Assembly: GCA_035569435.1 (NCBI GenBank)
Contig: DATMNB010000195.1
Span: forward strand, 4,894 to 68,893
Length of the DNA: 64,000 nucleotides
From: Gemmatimonadaceae bacterium
GTDB lineage: Bacteria; Gemmatimonadota; Gemmatimonadetes; Gemmatimonadales; Gemmatimonadaceae
Reading direction: 5' to 3'
A model generated the notes under the pieces. It searched no databases, had not been told where the DNA came from, and was given only the letters and a program-made list of their open reading frames with translations. A program made the translations under genes and the position numbers. Shown in pieces: positions 1 to 9,704 of the stretch; the stretch's first letter is position 1, and every line of letters starts with the position of its first letter.

Positions 1-825
1 GCTGTCCTCCGCGGCGCGCAACATCTCGGCCGGCGTGGCGGCGACTTGGAGATAGTCGCGCCACTTCCCCGCGAACAACGTCGGGCCGACGCGCCAGTCC
101 CGTTCCGCACGCCGAGGCAGCGTGTCGCGCACGAACCGTTGGAAGCGCAGCAACGCGGAGTCGGCCGCGATACGGGCCGTGGCATAGCGCGCCACCGACG
201 GCGTGCGGCTCACGAACGCCGCGCCCGTCGCGTCAATGAGGTCGATCACGCCGCCGGTCTCTTCGACCGCGACCTGACGGAAGGTCGGGTTCGACGCCTG
301 CAGGATCGCCATCGCCTGGGCAATGAACGCCGGCACGCGCTCGACGCGCGACGTGAGATCGCGAGCCCGCGTCGCGGTGTCAGCGTACTCGAGGCTGATG
401 TTCGAGAACAACGTGCCGCCTAGGTCTTCCGCGTAGAGTTGCGGGCGCCACTCGTAGGCGCGCTCGTCGTCGAGCGCAAACAACGCGGAGGCCACGGCGT
501 TCTGCAGGACCGCGTAGTCGACCCGCGTTTCTGGATCGAGTCCGGCGACGCGGATGTGGGCGAGTTGGGCTTTCACGCCGCGGTAGAACGCGCGTTCGCG
601 GTCGAGCTCCGCCGGCGTGTATGCATCGAGGAGCCCATCGAGCTCGGTGACGCGGCCGATCGACGGATCGCGATACCGGTGCAGTCCGTCCTGCGTCGCC
701 GTGCCTGGCGTGAAGCTGATGGCTCGCAGCACGAACGCATTGGCCAGGGCGGCCACCGCGGGCGCCGCGTTCTGGGCGCCGGCAGCAAGCGGCAGACAGA
801 GCACGCCACACAACAGCCGTCTCAT
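1..825 (-). CDS. DUF885-like secreted protein, N-terminal 275 codons (gene runs off the left edge)
   Basis: Absent from the ORF track because there is no in-window stop. Hand translation of the minus strand from ATG 825..823 gives MRRLLCGVLCLPLAAGAQNAAPAVAALANAFVLRAISFTPGTATQDGLHRYRDPSIGRV...RVERVPAFIAQAMAILQASNPTFRQVAVEE...FAGKWRDYLQVAATPAEMLRAAEDS, open to nt 1. The N-terminus looks like a signal peptide. The DUF885 assignment is from memory of the family. The start overlaps the fahA stop (ATGA). Confidence 0.6.
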   Translation of the reverse strand, partial: MRRLLCGVLCLPLAAGAQNAAPAVAALANAFVLRAISFTPGTATQDGLHRYRDPSIGRVTELDGLLDAYTPAELDRERAFYRGVKAQLAHIRVAGLDPETRVDYAVLQNAVASALFALDDERAYEWRPQLYAEDLGGTLFSNISLEYADTATRARDLTSRVERVPAFIAQAMAILQASNPTFRQVAVEETGGVIDLIDATGAAFVSRTPSVARYATARIAADSALLRFQRFVRDTLPRRAERDWRVGPTLFAGKWRDYLQVAATPAEMLRAAEDS

Positions 826-2144
826 CCGCGCGATCCGCGCGATCCGCCCGATCTGTCCGATCCCGCGACGATCCCCCGGCACTCGCCAAATCCGATCCGC
901 GCCGCGCCGGGACGCGCGCAGAAGGCGCGCATGGTGATCTCATCGCCGTCCTCGAGGAACGCCCGCGTCTCGCCGCCCGGCAGTGTGATACGTTCGGCCC
1001 CTCGCCGCGTGCGCTCCAACAGGGAGCCAAGCGAGTCCGGGGTAGGACCAGAGATGGTCCCGCTGGCGAGCAGGTCGCCCGGACGGACGTTGCACCCGTT
1101 ACTGGTATGGTGGGCGAGCATCTGGGCGACGGTCCAGTACATGTCGCGGAAGTTGCCGCGACTCAAACGCACCGGCGGGGTCCCCGCCGCACGCATGGCG
1201 GCCGACGCGAGCCAGACGTCGATCGTGATGTCGATGCCGCCGTCGCCGGTCGCGGCGAGATAGGGCAGCGGAGCCGGATCGGAAGGCGGTCGCTCGAAGG
1301 CGGGCACGCGGAAGGGCGCCAACGCATCGAGCGTCACGACCCATGGCGAGACGGTCGTGGCGAAGCTCTTCGACAGGAACGGCCCAAGAGGTTGGTACTC
1401 CCAACTCTGGATGTCGCGCGCCGACCAATCGTTGACGAGGCAGAGGCCGAACACGTGCGACTCGGCGGCGTCGACCGGGACCGGCTCGCCGAGAGCGTTG
1501 CCTGGTCCGATGAAGAAACCCAGCTCGGTCTCGTAGTCCAGGGATCGCGTCGGCGCGAAGATGGGGTGATCCGCGTCCGGCACTTTGATCTGGCCGGCCG
1601 GCCGGAGAATCGACGTGCCGCTCGCGACCAGCGACGACGCGCGGCCGTGATAGCCGATCGGGACGTACTTATAGTTGGGGAGCAGCGGATTATCCGGGCG
1701 GAAGAGGCGCCCGACGTTGGTCGCGTGGAAGATCGACGCGTAGAAGTCGGTGTAGTCGCCGACAGCCGCCGGGAGTCCCAGCCGGACGTCGGATGCCCGC
1801 ACCAGTATCCGGTCGGCGAGCGGGCGATCGTCGCGCAGTCGGGCAGTATCCGCCCGGAGCAGGTGGCTGATCGCGCGGCGCAAGGCGGCCCATGACGCCC
1901 CGCCGAGTGCCATCAGGCCATTAAGGGTGTCACTCCGACAGGCGTGAGCGGCGGTCGCTGCGGCGGCGTCGCGGAACAGCCCGGCGTCGAGCGCCGCAAC
2001 CACATCGAACACCCGATCCCCGATCGCCACACCGACGCGAGACTCGAAGATGCCGAACGGCAAATTCTGGATCGGGAAATCAGTCTCTGGTGCCTGGGCC
2101 GATGCGACCCATGATTGGAGCTCCGGTGCGTGGGTCTCGTCCAC
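822..2144 (-). CDS. fahA: fumarylacetoacetase (fumarylacetoacetate hydrolase)
   Basis: 440-aa ORF with SWV...DFPIQNLPFGIF near the N-terminus and YVPIGYHGRASS, ETELGFFIG and LCLVNDWSARDIQSWEYQPLGPF motifs typical of FAH. GTG start at 2144 directly abuts the stop of the upstream ORF. Confidence 0.9.
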   Translation of the reverse strand: MDETHAPELQSWVASAQAPETDFPIQNLPFGIFESRVGVAIGDRVFDVVAALDAGLFRDAAAATAAHACRSDTLNGLMALGGASWAALRRAISHLLRADTARLRDDRPLADRILVRASDVRLGLPAAVGDYTDFYASIFHATNVGRLFRPDNPLLPNYKYVPIGYHGRASSLVASGTSILRPAGQIKVPDADHPIFAPTRSLDYETELGFFIGPGNALGEPVPVDAAESHVFGLCLVNDWSARDIQSWEYQPLGPFLSKSFATTVSPWVVTLDALAPFRVPAFERPPSDPAPLPYLAATGDGGIDITIDVWLASAAMRAAGTPPVRLSRGNFRDMYWTVAQMLAHHTSNGCNVRPGDLLASGTISGPTPDSLGSLLERTRRGAERITLPGGETRAFLEDGDEITMRAFCARPGAARIGFGECRGIVAGSDRSGGSRGSRG

Positions 2145-3080
2145 CTAGAGGCCGAGCCCCCGCAACTCATCGATGGGCTCCCGAAACGAACACGACCCAA
2201 ACGACAGCGCAAAGTTTGCCCGCGCGGCACGGATCGCCGGCGTCGTGGCGCGCCGATTCCCCCACGTCACCCCCTCGGCGTCGAACGCAAACGCGCGAGC
2301 CATCCGCTCATCCAACATCGCCACCGCATCCGCCGCCGGCACGCCGATGCGGACGAACGTCGCCGCGATGAACACGTTCATGAACCCGTGCATCGTGGCG
2401 GTCGGACTGTCCGGCTCATACGTGAGCCGGTAGTCCCCACGCACCGGGTGATGCAGTCCGGCCGTCGCCTTGAACGCCACCGCCGCCCGCGCGCAAGCGC
2501 GGAAGAACCGCACCAACTCCGCCGCCCCCGGAATCGCCTCTTCCGTCGTCCCCCCCGTCCGCACCTTGGCCCGCGCCCCGGCGTGCGACAATTCGGCGAT
2601 GAGCGGCGACGGATCGATCGTCGTCGGGATCTCCACGAACAACTCGATGTCCTCGGGCCGTGCCGCCACGAGCCGCGCGATGTCGGCCGCGCTCGCCGCC
2701 TTGCCCTCGATCGCATCAATCGTCGCGAACCCCGTCCCCCGCCCCACCCGGTGCCGTCGATTGAACTCGGCGACCCGCGCGAGGTCGCGATCCAGGTCGG
2801 GCCCGACGAGCGCGCTCACCCGCCACGGCGCGGCCGCCCGCCCACTCGCTCGCCCAAACAACGGCACCGCCTCGTCCTCGAGCTCCTCGAGCCGCGCCGC
2901 TCCCACGATGAACCGTCCGAGCGTGCGTCGATCCGTATCGCCGACATACGTCGCATAGCTCCGCACCGCCTGCCCCATCGCGAGCGCAGCCGGCGGAAAC
3001 AGTCCCGCATAGTCGACGAGCCCCGCGACCAGCGCGTCGACCGACGCCAATCGGGCCGGGGATGAAGAAACGGTCATCAC
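2145..3080 (-). CDS. conserved hypothetical protein (function not recognised)
   Basis: 311-aa ORF with GTG 3080 or ATG 3077 as start. Its stop (TAG 2147..2145) abuts the fahA start codon. Composition is balanced, unlike the Arg/Pro-rich shadow ORFs on the other frames. I recognise no motif. Confidence 0.5.
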   Translation of the reverse strand: MMTVSSSPARLASVDALVAGLVDYAGLFPPAALAMGQAVRSYATYVGDTDRRTLGRFIVGAARLEELEDEAVPLFGRASGRAAAPWRVSALVGPDLDRDLARVAEFNRRHRVGRGTGFATIDAIEGKAASAADIARLVAARPEDIELFVEIPTTIDPSPLIAELSHAGARAKVRTGGTTEEAIPGAAELVRFFRACARAAVAFKATAGLHHPVRGDYRLTYEPDSPTATMHGFMNVFIAATFVRIGVPAADAVAMLDERMARAFAFDAEGVTWGNRRATTPAIRAARANFALSFGSCSFREPIDELRGLGL

Positions 3081-3111
3081 GCCCTAATAATACCCATCCA
3101 ACCGGGCGTAG

Positions 3112-3603
3112 CTACGTATTCGCCTCGCGCCCACGCGCCGCCGCCCACGCGCCAAGCGCCGGGCCGACGCCCAGGATGACCAGGAGGACACGCCCAACCG
3201 GAACCGAGGTGTCGAGCACCGCCGATGCGTGGTTCTCCGGATCGTAGTGCACGACGACCGGCTGACCGGCCGCGTGCTCACTAAGCGCCCGCGCGGTCGC
3301 CTCGCGCGCGGACGGCGCCAGGATGCCGTATCGGGAGCTCGTGAACTGCTGCCCGTCCAACGCGTACGTATATGTCACGTGCAGCCGAGGCTCGATGATC
3401 CGGCGGTGCCCGCCGTATCTGCCGCTCGCGTACCCCACCGCGTCCCAGGTGATGGCCGCCGCGGTCATCGTGCCGGGCGCCACTGGCCACCGCGCCGTCG
3501 TCGCGACGCTCAGCAAGTCCATGGCGTTCAATGCGGCCACGCCCGCGCCGATGACGATGACGATCCATGCCATCGACGACAGCCCCGCCGTACGCGGACT
3601 CAC
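3112..3603 (-). CDS. small membrane protein, DUF3592-like
   Basis: 163 aa. N-terminal TM helix (MAWIVIVIGAGVAALNAM), central beta-rich segment (RLHVTYTYALDGQQFTSSRYG...PVVVHYDPENH) and C-terminal TM helix (VLLVILGVGPALGAWAAA). This topology matches DUF3592 as I remember it. Confidence 0.5.
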   Translation of the reverse strand: MSPRTAGLSSMAWIVIVIGAGVAALNAMDLLSVATTARWPVAPGTMTAAAITWDAVGYASGRYGGHRRIIEPRLHVTYTYALDGQQFTSSRYGILAPSAREATARALSEHAAGQPVVVHYDPENHASAVLDTSVPVGRVLLVILGVGPALGAWAAARGREANT

Positions 3604-3613
3604 GAGCGCGCGT

Positions 3614-5686
3614 CTACCAGATCCGAGGCTGCTCAGCGGCCGGGCGCACCATCGGGTCGCTGTCTTTGCACCCCCACGCGGCCTTGAACTCGGGCATGTT
3701 GCCGAACGGGCCGTTGACCCGCCACTTGGCCGGGGCGTGGTAGTCGAGCTTCACAAGTTGCCGGGCATAGGCCGGCCGATCGAGCTCGCGCCACACCTCG
3801 GCCCAGGCCAGAAAGAACCGCTGCTCCGGCGTAAAGCCGTCGATCGCCGGATGCGGGCCGTTGCCCAGGGCCTTCTCCATCGCCGAGTACGCGGTGGTGA
3901 GTCCGCCAAAGTCGGCGATGTTCTCGCCCAGGGTCAGCTCGCCGTCGACGTGCGTCGCGGAATCCAGCACGGTGTACGTCGAGAACTGCGTGGAGATTTT
4001 GTGCGCTTCGGTCTTGAACTTGGCCGCATCGTCCGCCGTCCACCAATCGGCCAGGTTGCCATGCTCGTCGTACTGCCGCCCCTGGTCATCGAACCCGTGC
4101 GTCATCTCGTGCCCGATCACCGCCCCCATCGCGCCATAGTTCACCGCGTCGTCGGCCGTGGGATCGTAGAACGGCGGCTGTAGGATGCCGGCCGGGAACA
4201 CGATCTCGTTCATGAGCGGGTTGTAGTACGCATTGACCGTCGGCGGCGTCATCCCCCACTCGGTGCGGTCCAAGGGCTTCCCGACCTTGGACCAATCCCG
4301 CACCGAGGCCCATTGCTCGGCCGCGCGGATGTTGGCGACATAGGTGCCGGGCGTGATGGTGACGGCGGTGTAGTCCTTCCATTTGTCGGGGTAGCCGATC
4401 TTGCGGGCGAACGCGGCCAGCTTGGTCTCCGCCCGGGCCTTGGTCGGGGCACTCATCCACGTCAGGTGGCTAATCCGCTCGTGCAGCTCGGTAACGAGGT
4501 TGGACACGATTCGCACGGCGCGGGCCTTGGCTTCGGGCGTGAAGGTTTCCTTCACGTACTCCTGGCCCAACAGCTCGCCCAGTCGGTTGTCGGTCGACGC
4601 AATGCACCGTTTCCAGAGCTCGAGGTTGGATGGCGCGCCAGAAAAGAGCTGGCTGAACGTGAAGTTCTCGGCAACGAACGGCGAGCCGAGCGCCGGCGCC
4701 GCGGCGTGGAGGGCGCGCCACCGCATGAGCACCCGCCAGTCGTCGAGCGACGCATGGGCCACGAGGCTGTCCACGGTCGTGAAGAACGCCGGCTGTTGGA
4801 GATCGACCGCCGAGACGGACGACGCGCCCTGCGCGGCAAAGAACGCGCGCCACGGCACGTGCGGGAGTCGGGTCTCGAGCGCGCCGACCGTCATCTTGTG
4901 GTAGTTCGCCTGCGGATCGCGAAGCTCGACGCGGGTCTTCGATGCGGCGGCCAGCGTGGTCTCGAACGCCAACACCGTCTGCGCCTCGGCCCGGGCCCGG
5001 TCGGGCGCATCGCCCGCCAGGGTGAGCATGGCGACCAGGTGCTGACGGTAGTGGTCGACGATGGCGCGCGACGCGCTGTCCGTCTGCACATAGTAGTCAC
5101 GGTCCGGCAGCGTCAGCCCACCCTGTCCCAGGTAGGCGATGACCGAGACCGCGTCTTTGGCATCCTGCGTCGACCCATCGGACCACGGCGCCAGCCCGGC
5201 CCGGTGTTCCAGGACGCCCAACGCCCGCACGAGATCATCACGGGTGCGGATCGCGGCGATCAGGTCGAATTCCGCCTTGAGGGGTGAGAGCCCGAGCTTG
5301 TCGCGGCCCACCGTGTCCATACAGCTCGCGTAGTAGGTGCCGATTTTCCACGATCCGGTCCCCGGCGTGAGCTGGCCCGCCGCCGCCGCCGCCGCGTCGC
5401 GGTCCAACAGGGTATGCAGCACGGCCTCGTTGCGGTCGAGGAGCTCCCGGAAGGAGCCGTACTGCGGATACACCGCGGGAATCGTCGTCCGCTTGAGCCA
5501 CCCGCCGTTGGCGAACTGGAAGAAGTCCGTGCAGGCCGCGCACGTCGTATCGAGGTTGGCGCGGTCGAGCGCCGGCGCATGGGTCGGTGCGTGGGTCGGT
5601 GCCTGCGCCTGCGCGCCGAGTGGTGCGACGAGCCGACACACGAGTACCGTGCCCAGCGCGGACCAGCGGGACGACGAAACCGACAT
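3614..5686 (-). CDS. M13 family zinc metallopeptidase (PepO / endothelin-converting-enzyme-like), secreted
   Basis: 690 aa with ATG at 5686 and a signal peptide. Carries the N-terminal C..C.DFFQFANGGW motif, zinc site VIGHEMTHGFDD (HExxH), downstream GENIADFGG, and a C-terminal ...PRIW. Paralog of 20379..22397. Confidence 0.9.
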   Translation of the reverse strand: MSVSSSRWSALGTVLVCRLVAPLGAQAQAPTHAPTHAPALDRANLDTTCAACTDFFQFANGGWLKRTTIPAVYPQYGSFRELLDRNEAVLHTLLDRDAAAAAAGQLTPGTGSWKIGTYYASCMDTVGRDKLGLSPLKAEFDLIAAIRTRDDLVRALGVLEHRAGLAPWSDGSTQDAKDAVSVIAYLGQGGLTLPDRDYYVQTDSASRAIVDHYRQHLVAMLTLAGDAPDRARAEAQTVLAFETTLAAASKTRVELRDPQANYHKMTVGALETRLPHVPWRAFFAAQGASSVSAVDLQQPAFFTTVDSLVAHASLDDWRVLMRWRALHAAAPALGSPFVAENFTFSQLFSGAPSNLELWKRCIASTDNRLGELLGQEYVKETFTPEAKARAVRIVSNLVTELHERISHLTWMSAPTKARAETKLAAFARKIGYPDKWKDYTAVTITPGTYVANIRAAEQWASVRDWSKVGKPLDRTEWGMTPPTVNAYYNPLMNEIVFPAGILQPPFYDPTADDAVNYGAMGAVIGHEMTHGFDDQGRQYDEHGNLADWWTADDAAKFKTEAHKISTQFSTYTVLDSATHVDGELTLGENIADFGGLTTAYSAMEKALGNGPHPAIDGFTPEQRFFLAWAEVWRELDRPAYARQLVKLDYHAPAKWRVNGPFGNMPEFKAAWGCKDSDPMVRPAAEQPRIW

Positions 5687-5778
5687 GCGGTGACCCCCGA
5701 AGAGTGGGTGCGGCAGTGGTGCGGCACGGCAATGATCGGGCTATTTCTGTTGTTTGACAACAGGTGACCGCCAAGGGA

Positions 5779-6738
5779 TCACACGGTCAACACAATCTTC
5801 CCCACGTGCGCCCCGCTCTCCATCCGGCGGTGCGCATCGGCGGCATCCGCCAACGGAAAGGTGGTATCGATCACCGGGCGCACCTGGCCGCGCTCCAGCA
5901 GCGGCCAGACATGCTCGCGCAGCTCGCGCGCGATAGCGCCCTTCTGGGCGACGGTGCGCGGACGCAGGGTGGACCCGGTGACCGTCAGTCGCTTGGTCAT
6001 GATCGGCCGCAGGTCGATCTCGGCGCGGCTCCCCTCCATGAACGCGATGCCGACCAGGCGGCCCTCGATGGCCAGTGCCCCGATGTTCTTGGCGAAATAC
6101 GGGGCGCCGACCATGTCGAGGACGACATCCACGGTGCCGGCATCGGCGGCCCAATCGGTGGTGCGATAGTTGAGCGCCACGTCCGCGCCCAGGCGGCGGC
6201 AGGCCTCACACTTCGCGTCGGTGCCGGCCGTCGTCACGACCCGCGCGCCAAACGCGTGCGCGAGTTGGATCGCCATGCAGCCGACGCCGGACGTGCCGCC
6301 GTGGATCAAGATCGTCTCGCCGGCCACCAGTCGACCGCGTTGGAAGACGTTGGTCCACACCGTGAACAACGCCTCGGGGAGGGCCGCGGCCTCGATGAGC
6401 GACACCCCTGACGGCACGGGCAAGCACTGGGGCGCTGGTGCCACGCAGTACTCGGCGTAACCGCCGCCGGCCAGGAGCGCGCACACCGCGTCGCCGGCAC
6501 GCCACTCCGTCACGTCGTCGCCGCACGCGACGACAGTGCCCGATACTTCCATCCCGAGGACCGGGGACGCGCCGGACGGCGGTGGATACTTACCCTCGCG
6601 CTGCAGCAGGTCGGCATGGTTGACGCCCGCCGCCGCGACCTTGATCAGAACGTCATCCGGACCCGGTCGCGGGATGTCCGCTCGAGCGATGACCATCTCG
6701 TCCGGCCCGCCCGGTGCGCGCACCACGATCTGCCGCAT
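5779..6738 (-). CDS. NAD(P)H:quinone oxidoreductase (MDR superfamily, Qor/PIG3-like)
   Basis: 319 aa with ATG at 6738. Shows the GVNHADLLQREGKYPPP region and IHGGTSGVG Rossmann motif of zeta-crystallin-type quinone oxidoreductases. Confidence 0.85.
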   Translation of the reverse strand: MRQIVVRAPGGPDEMVIARADIPRPGPDDVLIKVAAAGVNHADLLQREGKYPPPSGASPVLGMEVSGTVVACGDDVTEWRAGDAVCALLAGGGYAEYCVAPAPQCLPVPSGVSLIEAAALPEALFTVWTNVFQRGRLVAGETILIHGGTSGVGCMAIQLAHAFGARVVTTAGTDAKCEACRRLGADVALNYRTTDWAADAGTVDVVLDMVGAPYFAKNIGALAIEGRLVGIAFMEGSRAEIDLRPIMTKRLTVTGSTLRPRTVAQKGAIARELREHVWPLLERGQVRPVIDTTFPLADAADAHRRMESGAHVGKIVLTV

Positions 6739-6751
6739 GGGCGGAAAGCTA

Positions 6752-7639
6752 TCATTTCCCGTTCAACCCCGCGTTCTCAGCGGCGATCCGGCCGAGGACC
6801 GACCAATCCCGGTGCTCATACCCACGGGCCAGCGCCGTGATGAAGGCGTCACGCACCGTGCTGGCAAACGGCATGGGCACGCGCAGCGTATCCCCCGCCG
6901 CGAGCGCCAGCCGGACGTCTTTGAGCCCGAGCGGCGCGGCAAACCCCACCGTCTCGTCTCCCTCGCGTGCCACAAGATCGCTATAGGTGTGATAGATCGG
7001 CACGTTGAGAAAGCTCGTCGTCAACATCTCACGGTACGCGAGCGGATCGACGCCCCCCTTGCGCACGAGCGCAAACGCCTCGGCGGAGGCCTCGATGATG
7101 GAGGCGAGCAAGAAGTTATTCGACAACTTGATCAGGTTTGCGACCGATGGCTCGGTCCCCATATGATACGTGCGCTGCCCGATCACATCGAACACCGGCT
7201 GCACCGTCTGCACCGCGTCCTCGGCACCGGCGGCGATCACGAACAGCTTCCCGGCCGCCGCCACGTCCGGACGCCCCATCACGGGCGCGCTCACGTAGCG
7301 CGATCCTCGGTCGCGATGCGCCGCCGCCATTCGCTGGGCCAGCGCCACGCTGATCGTGCTCGACGACACGTGCACCGCGCCCGCGCCCATGGCGCCCAGA
7401 ATGCCATCGGGTTCAAAGACGACCTGTTCCACCGCCGCGTCGTCCGCGAGCATGGTCAGGACGACCTCGGCGTCCCGCGCCGCCTTCGCGGGGCTCGATG
7501 CCACCGTCGCGCCCTTCCCGCGTAACGTGTCGGCCTTTGCCGCGGTGCGATTGTAGACCGTCACCGCATGCCCCGCACCGAGCACACGCCCGGCGATCCC
7601 TTCGCCCATCCGTCCGAGTCCGATGATCGATATGCGCAT
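6752..7639 (-). CDS. NAD(P)-dependent oxidoreductase, 3-hydroxyisobutyrate/6-phosphogluconate dehydrogenase-like
   Basis: 295 aa. N-terminal Rossmann motif MRISIIGLGRMGEGIAGRVL..GH.VTVYNRT, followed by the HIBADH-type C-terminal helical domain. Confidence 0.8.
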   Translation of the reverse strand: MRISIIGLGRMGEGIAGRVLGAGHAVTVYNRTAAKADTLRGKGATVASSPAKAARDAEVVLTMLADDAAVEQVVFEPDGILGAMGAGAVHVSSSTISVALAQRMAAAHRDRGSRYVSAPVMGRPDVAAAGKLFVIAAGAEDAVQTVQPVFDVIGQRTYHMGTEPSVANLIKLSNNFLLASIIEASAEAFALVRKGGVDPLAYREMLTTSFLNVPIYHTYSDLVAREGDETVGFAAPLGLKDVRLALAAGDTLRVPMPFASTVRDAFITALARGYEHRDWSVLGRIAAENAGLNGK

Positions 7640-7657
7640 ACCGGCATCAATCGCCGG

Positions 7658-9685
7658 TCAGCGCTCCGCGTTCCACGCCCGGTACAGGGAATCTCTCGAG
7701 ACCGGCACGAACACCGGCACAGCGTCCGCCGCCGCGCTCGCTGCACGCAGGGCATAGATCGGCCGGTTCGGATACGCCGCGAGCAGGAGCGTATCGCCCT
7801 CGTGCAGGTCGCGGGCGTACACGTTCCCGTCGTCGAGCACAAGCAGCGGTGCGAGCGGCACGACGCCTGCCCTCGACTCGGCCACCCGCGCCAGGCACCG
7901 GCGCGAATAGGCGTATCCGCGCTCGACGCGCACGTTGGCGCCCGGCGCCAGCTTCACGGACTCGACCCGCGCCGAATCGCCCGTCAACGCCCGCAGCGCC
8001 GCCGTCGCGCTCGGGCCCGGATCGCCGCTTGCCTCGAGGTCGCGCAACGCGGCATCCAGCCGGCACGCATCGACCGACCGGTAGATCGACTCGCCATCGG
8101 CCGCCCTCACGCCGAGCGCCCACATGCGCACGACGAGCTGGGCTTCCCAGCTCTCGACGACGAGCACAAGCGCGCCACGGGGCACGCCTGCGCGCCGCGC
8201 CACGTCGGGAGTGGCCCACCGCTCGACCGTCATCGTATGGGCGTACTGATACGCCCGGGCGCCGATGTCGATCGTCGCCAGCAGCGCTGACGTCGCCAGC
8301 GTGTAGACAGCGACGCGACCCAGGAACTGCCCACGCGACCAGGCTAGTGGGAGACACCGCGCCGTCCAGAGGGCGATGACCGGCGCGAGCGCGAACACGA
8401 ACCGAGGCCCCAAGTAGAATCCGTCGTGCCAGTACGCGAGGTAGAGGCCGAGCACCAGCGCGGCGCTCGCGGCCAGATAGCGGTCGACGGGCTGCCACCG
8501 ACGGGAAAGCGCGAGCGCCACGGTCGCGGGGAGCAGCGCCGGGATCGGGGCTTCGTAGAGGTAGCGCTGGAGCTGTAAGAGGTACGTGTTGATGAGCTCG
8601 AGCCCGCGGGCCGGCGTGTGGACCTCGCCGGTCGGGGCCCGGTGGAACCCGAGCTCATGCCCGTGGCCCCACAGGAGGTCGTAGCCAAACAGCAGTGGCG
8701 CACCCGTGGTGCGCGCGTTCACGAGGAGCATGAGCGCGATTGGCACGGCGACACCGCCGGCCGCCGCGAGCGCATCGCGCCAGCGACGCGGATCGCGCCA
8801 CGCGCGCGCCACGTACCAGACCGCCGCGGGCAGCGCAAAGGCCAGCGCGTCGACTGGCCGGATCGTCGCCGCGACGCCAAACGCACACCCCGCGAGCGCC
8901 GCCAGCGTTGGCCGGGGCATCGCGCTCGCCATGCCGTGGGCCAGCGCCGCGGCACCAAGGAGGATCCACGCCAGCGCCGTGACGCAGTTCATGTACGTCC
9001 CGGACAGGAACATGACGAACGGCGCGAACGCGAACAGCACGAGGGCAGCGGCCGCCGTGCGGGAATCGGGTTCGGCGACGCGCAACACCCACGCGAACGC
9101 CAGCACCGCCAGCGCGCCGGCGATGGGGCCCGTGAGCCACGGGATGCCCAGGGCGGTCAGCGGCGCCAGCATCGCCGGGCCGCCCGGCGGATACTGCGAG
9201 AAGACGCGGCCGCCGGAGGTCACCATCTGGAGCGATGAGAAGAATTCGGGATGCGTCGGCGCCGGAAGCCATAGGCGACCCTGGGCGAAGATCTCGGCTT
9301 GGCGGAGCTGGGCGATTTCGTCGATCAGCATCGGCCGGCCGTTGAAAATCAGCTGGGCGATGGCGGCATAGGTGATGCCCGCGAGGACCGCCGCCGCGAT
9401 CGCGATCCGTGTGCGATCGGCCCCCACCCACTCGCCGGTGGCGCGCGCCGCGTGAGCCGGCCAGAGGGCCGGGATCCGGCGCGCGAGAATCGCCAGCACG
9501 ACGGCGATTCCGACGACCACGGCGCTGCCGCTGACCCAGCCGGCAAGCTGGTTCGGAAAGTCGTCGTAGTGGATCCCGTAGGGAACGCCGCCGATCCAAT
9601 CGACGAGCGGGAGGAACCCGAGCACCGCGAGCACCGCCGCCGCGATGGGCCCGGTCGGCTCGCGGCCTTCTTCTAGCTGTCTCAC
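7658..9685 (-). CDS. polytopic membrane protein, GT-C fold glycosyltransferase-like (ArnT/PMT family)
   Basis: The track ORF (to 9895) overlaps mnmG. The in-frame GTG at 9685 (VRQLEEGREPTGPIAAAVLAVLGFL...) lies 19 nt after the mnmG stop. There are about 12 predicted TM segments, then a soluble C-terminal domain of roughly 200 aa. The family call rests on topology and loose motif resemblance only. Confidence 0.5.
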   Translation of the reverse strand: MRQLEEGREPTGPIAAAVLAVLGFLPLVDWIGGVPYGIHYDDFPNQLAGWVSGSAVVVGIAVVLAILARRIPALWPAHAARATGEWVGADRTRIAIAAAVLAGITYAAIAQLIFNGRPMLIDEIAQLRQAEIFAQGRLWLPAPTHPEFFSSLQMVTSGGRVFSQYPPGGPAMLAPLTALGIPWLTGPIAGALAVLAFAWVLRVAEPDSRTAAAALVLFAFAPFVMFLSGTYMNCVTALAWILLGAAALAHGMASAMPRPTLAALAGCAFGVAATIRPVDALAFALPAAVWYVARAWRDPRRWRDALAAAGGVAVPIALMLLVNARTTGAPLLFGYDLLWGHGHELGFHRAPTGEVHTPARGLELINTYLLQLQRYLYEAPIPALLPATVALALSRRWQPVDRYLAASAALVLGLYLAYWHDGFYLGPRFVFALAPVIALWTARCLPLAWSRGQFLGRVAVYTLATSALLATIDIGARAYQYAHTMTVERWATPDVARRAGVPRGALVLVVESWEAQLVVRMWALGVRAADGESIYRSVDACRLDAALRDLEASGDPGPSATAALRALTGDSARVESVKLAPGANVRVERGYAYSRRCLARVAESRAGVVPLAPLLVLDDGNVYARDLHEGDTLLLAAYPNRPIYALRAASAAADAVPVFVPVSRDSLYRAWNAER

Positions 9686-9704
9686 ATGGTCAGGACGACC
9701 GCCG

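Noticed and set aside
5747-5763. AT-rich palindrome CTGTTGT-TTG-ACAACAG between the quinone oxidoreductase stop and the M13 start.
   Set aside because: It could be an operator or a weak terminator. It lacks a U-tract on the transcribed strand, and I have no regulator or second copy to link it to. I did not consider it strong enough to report as a feature.
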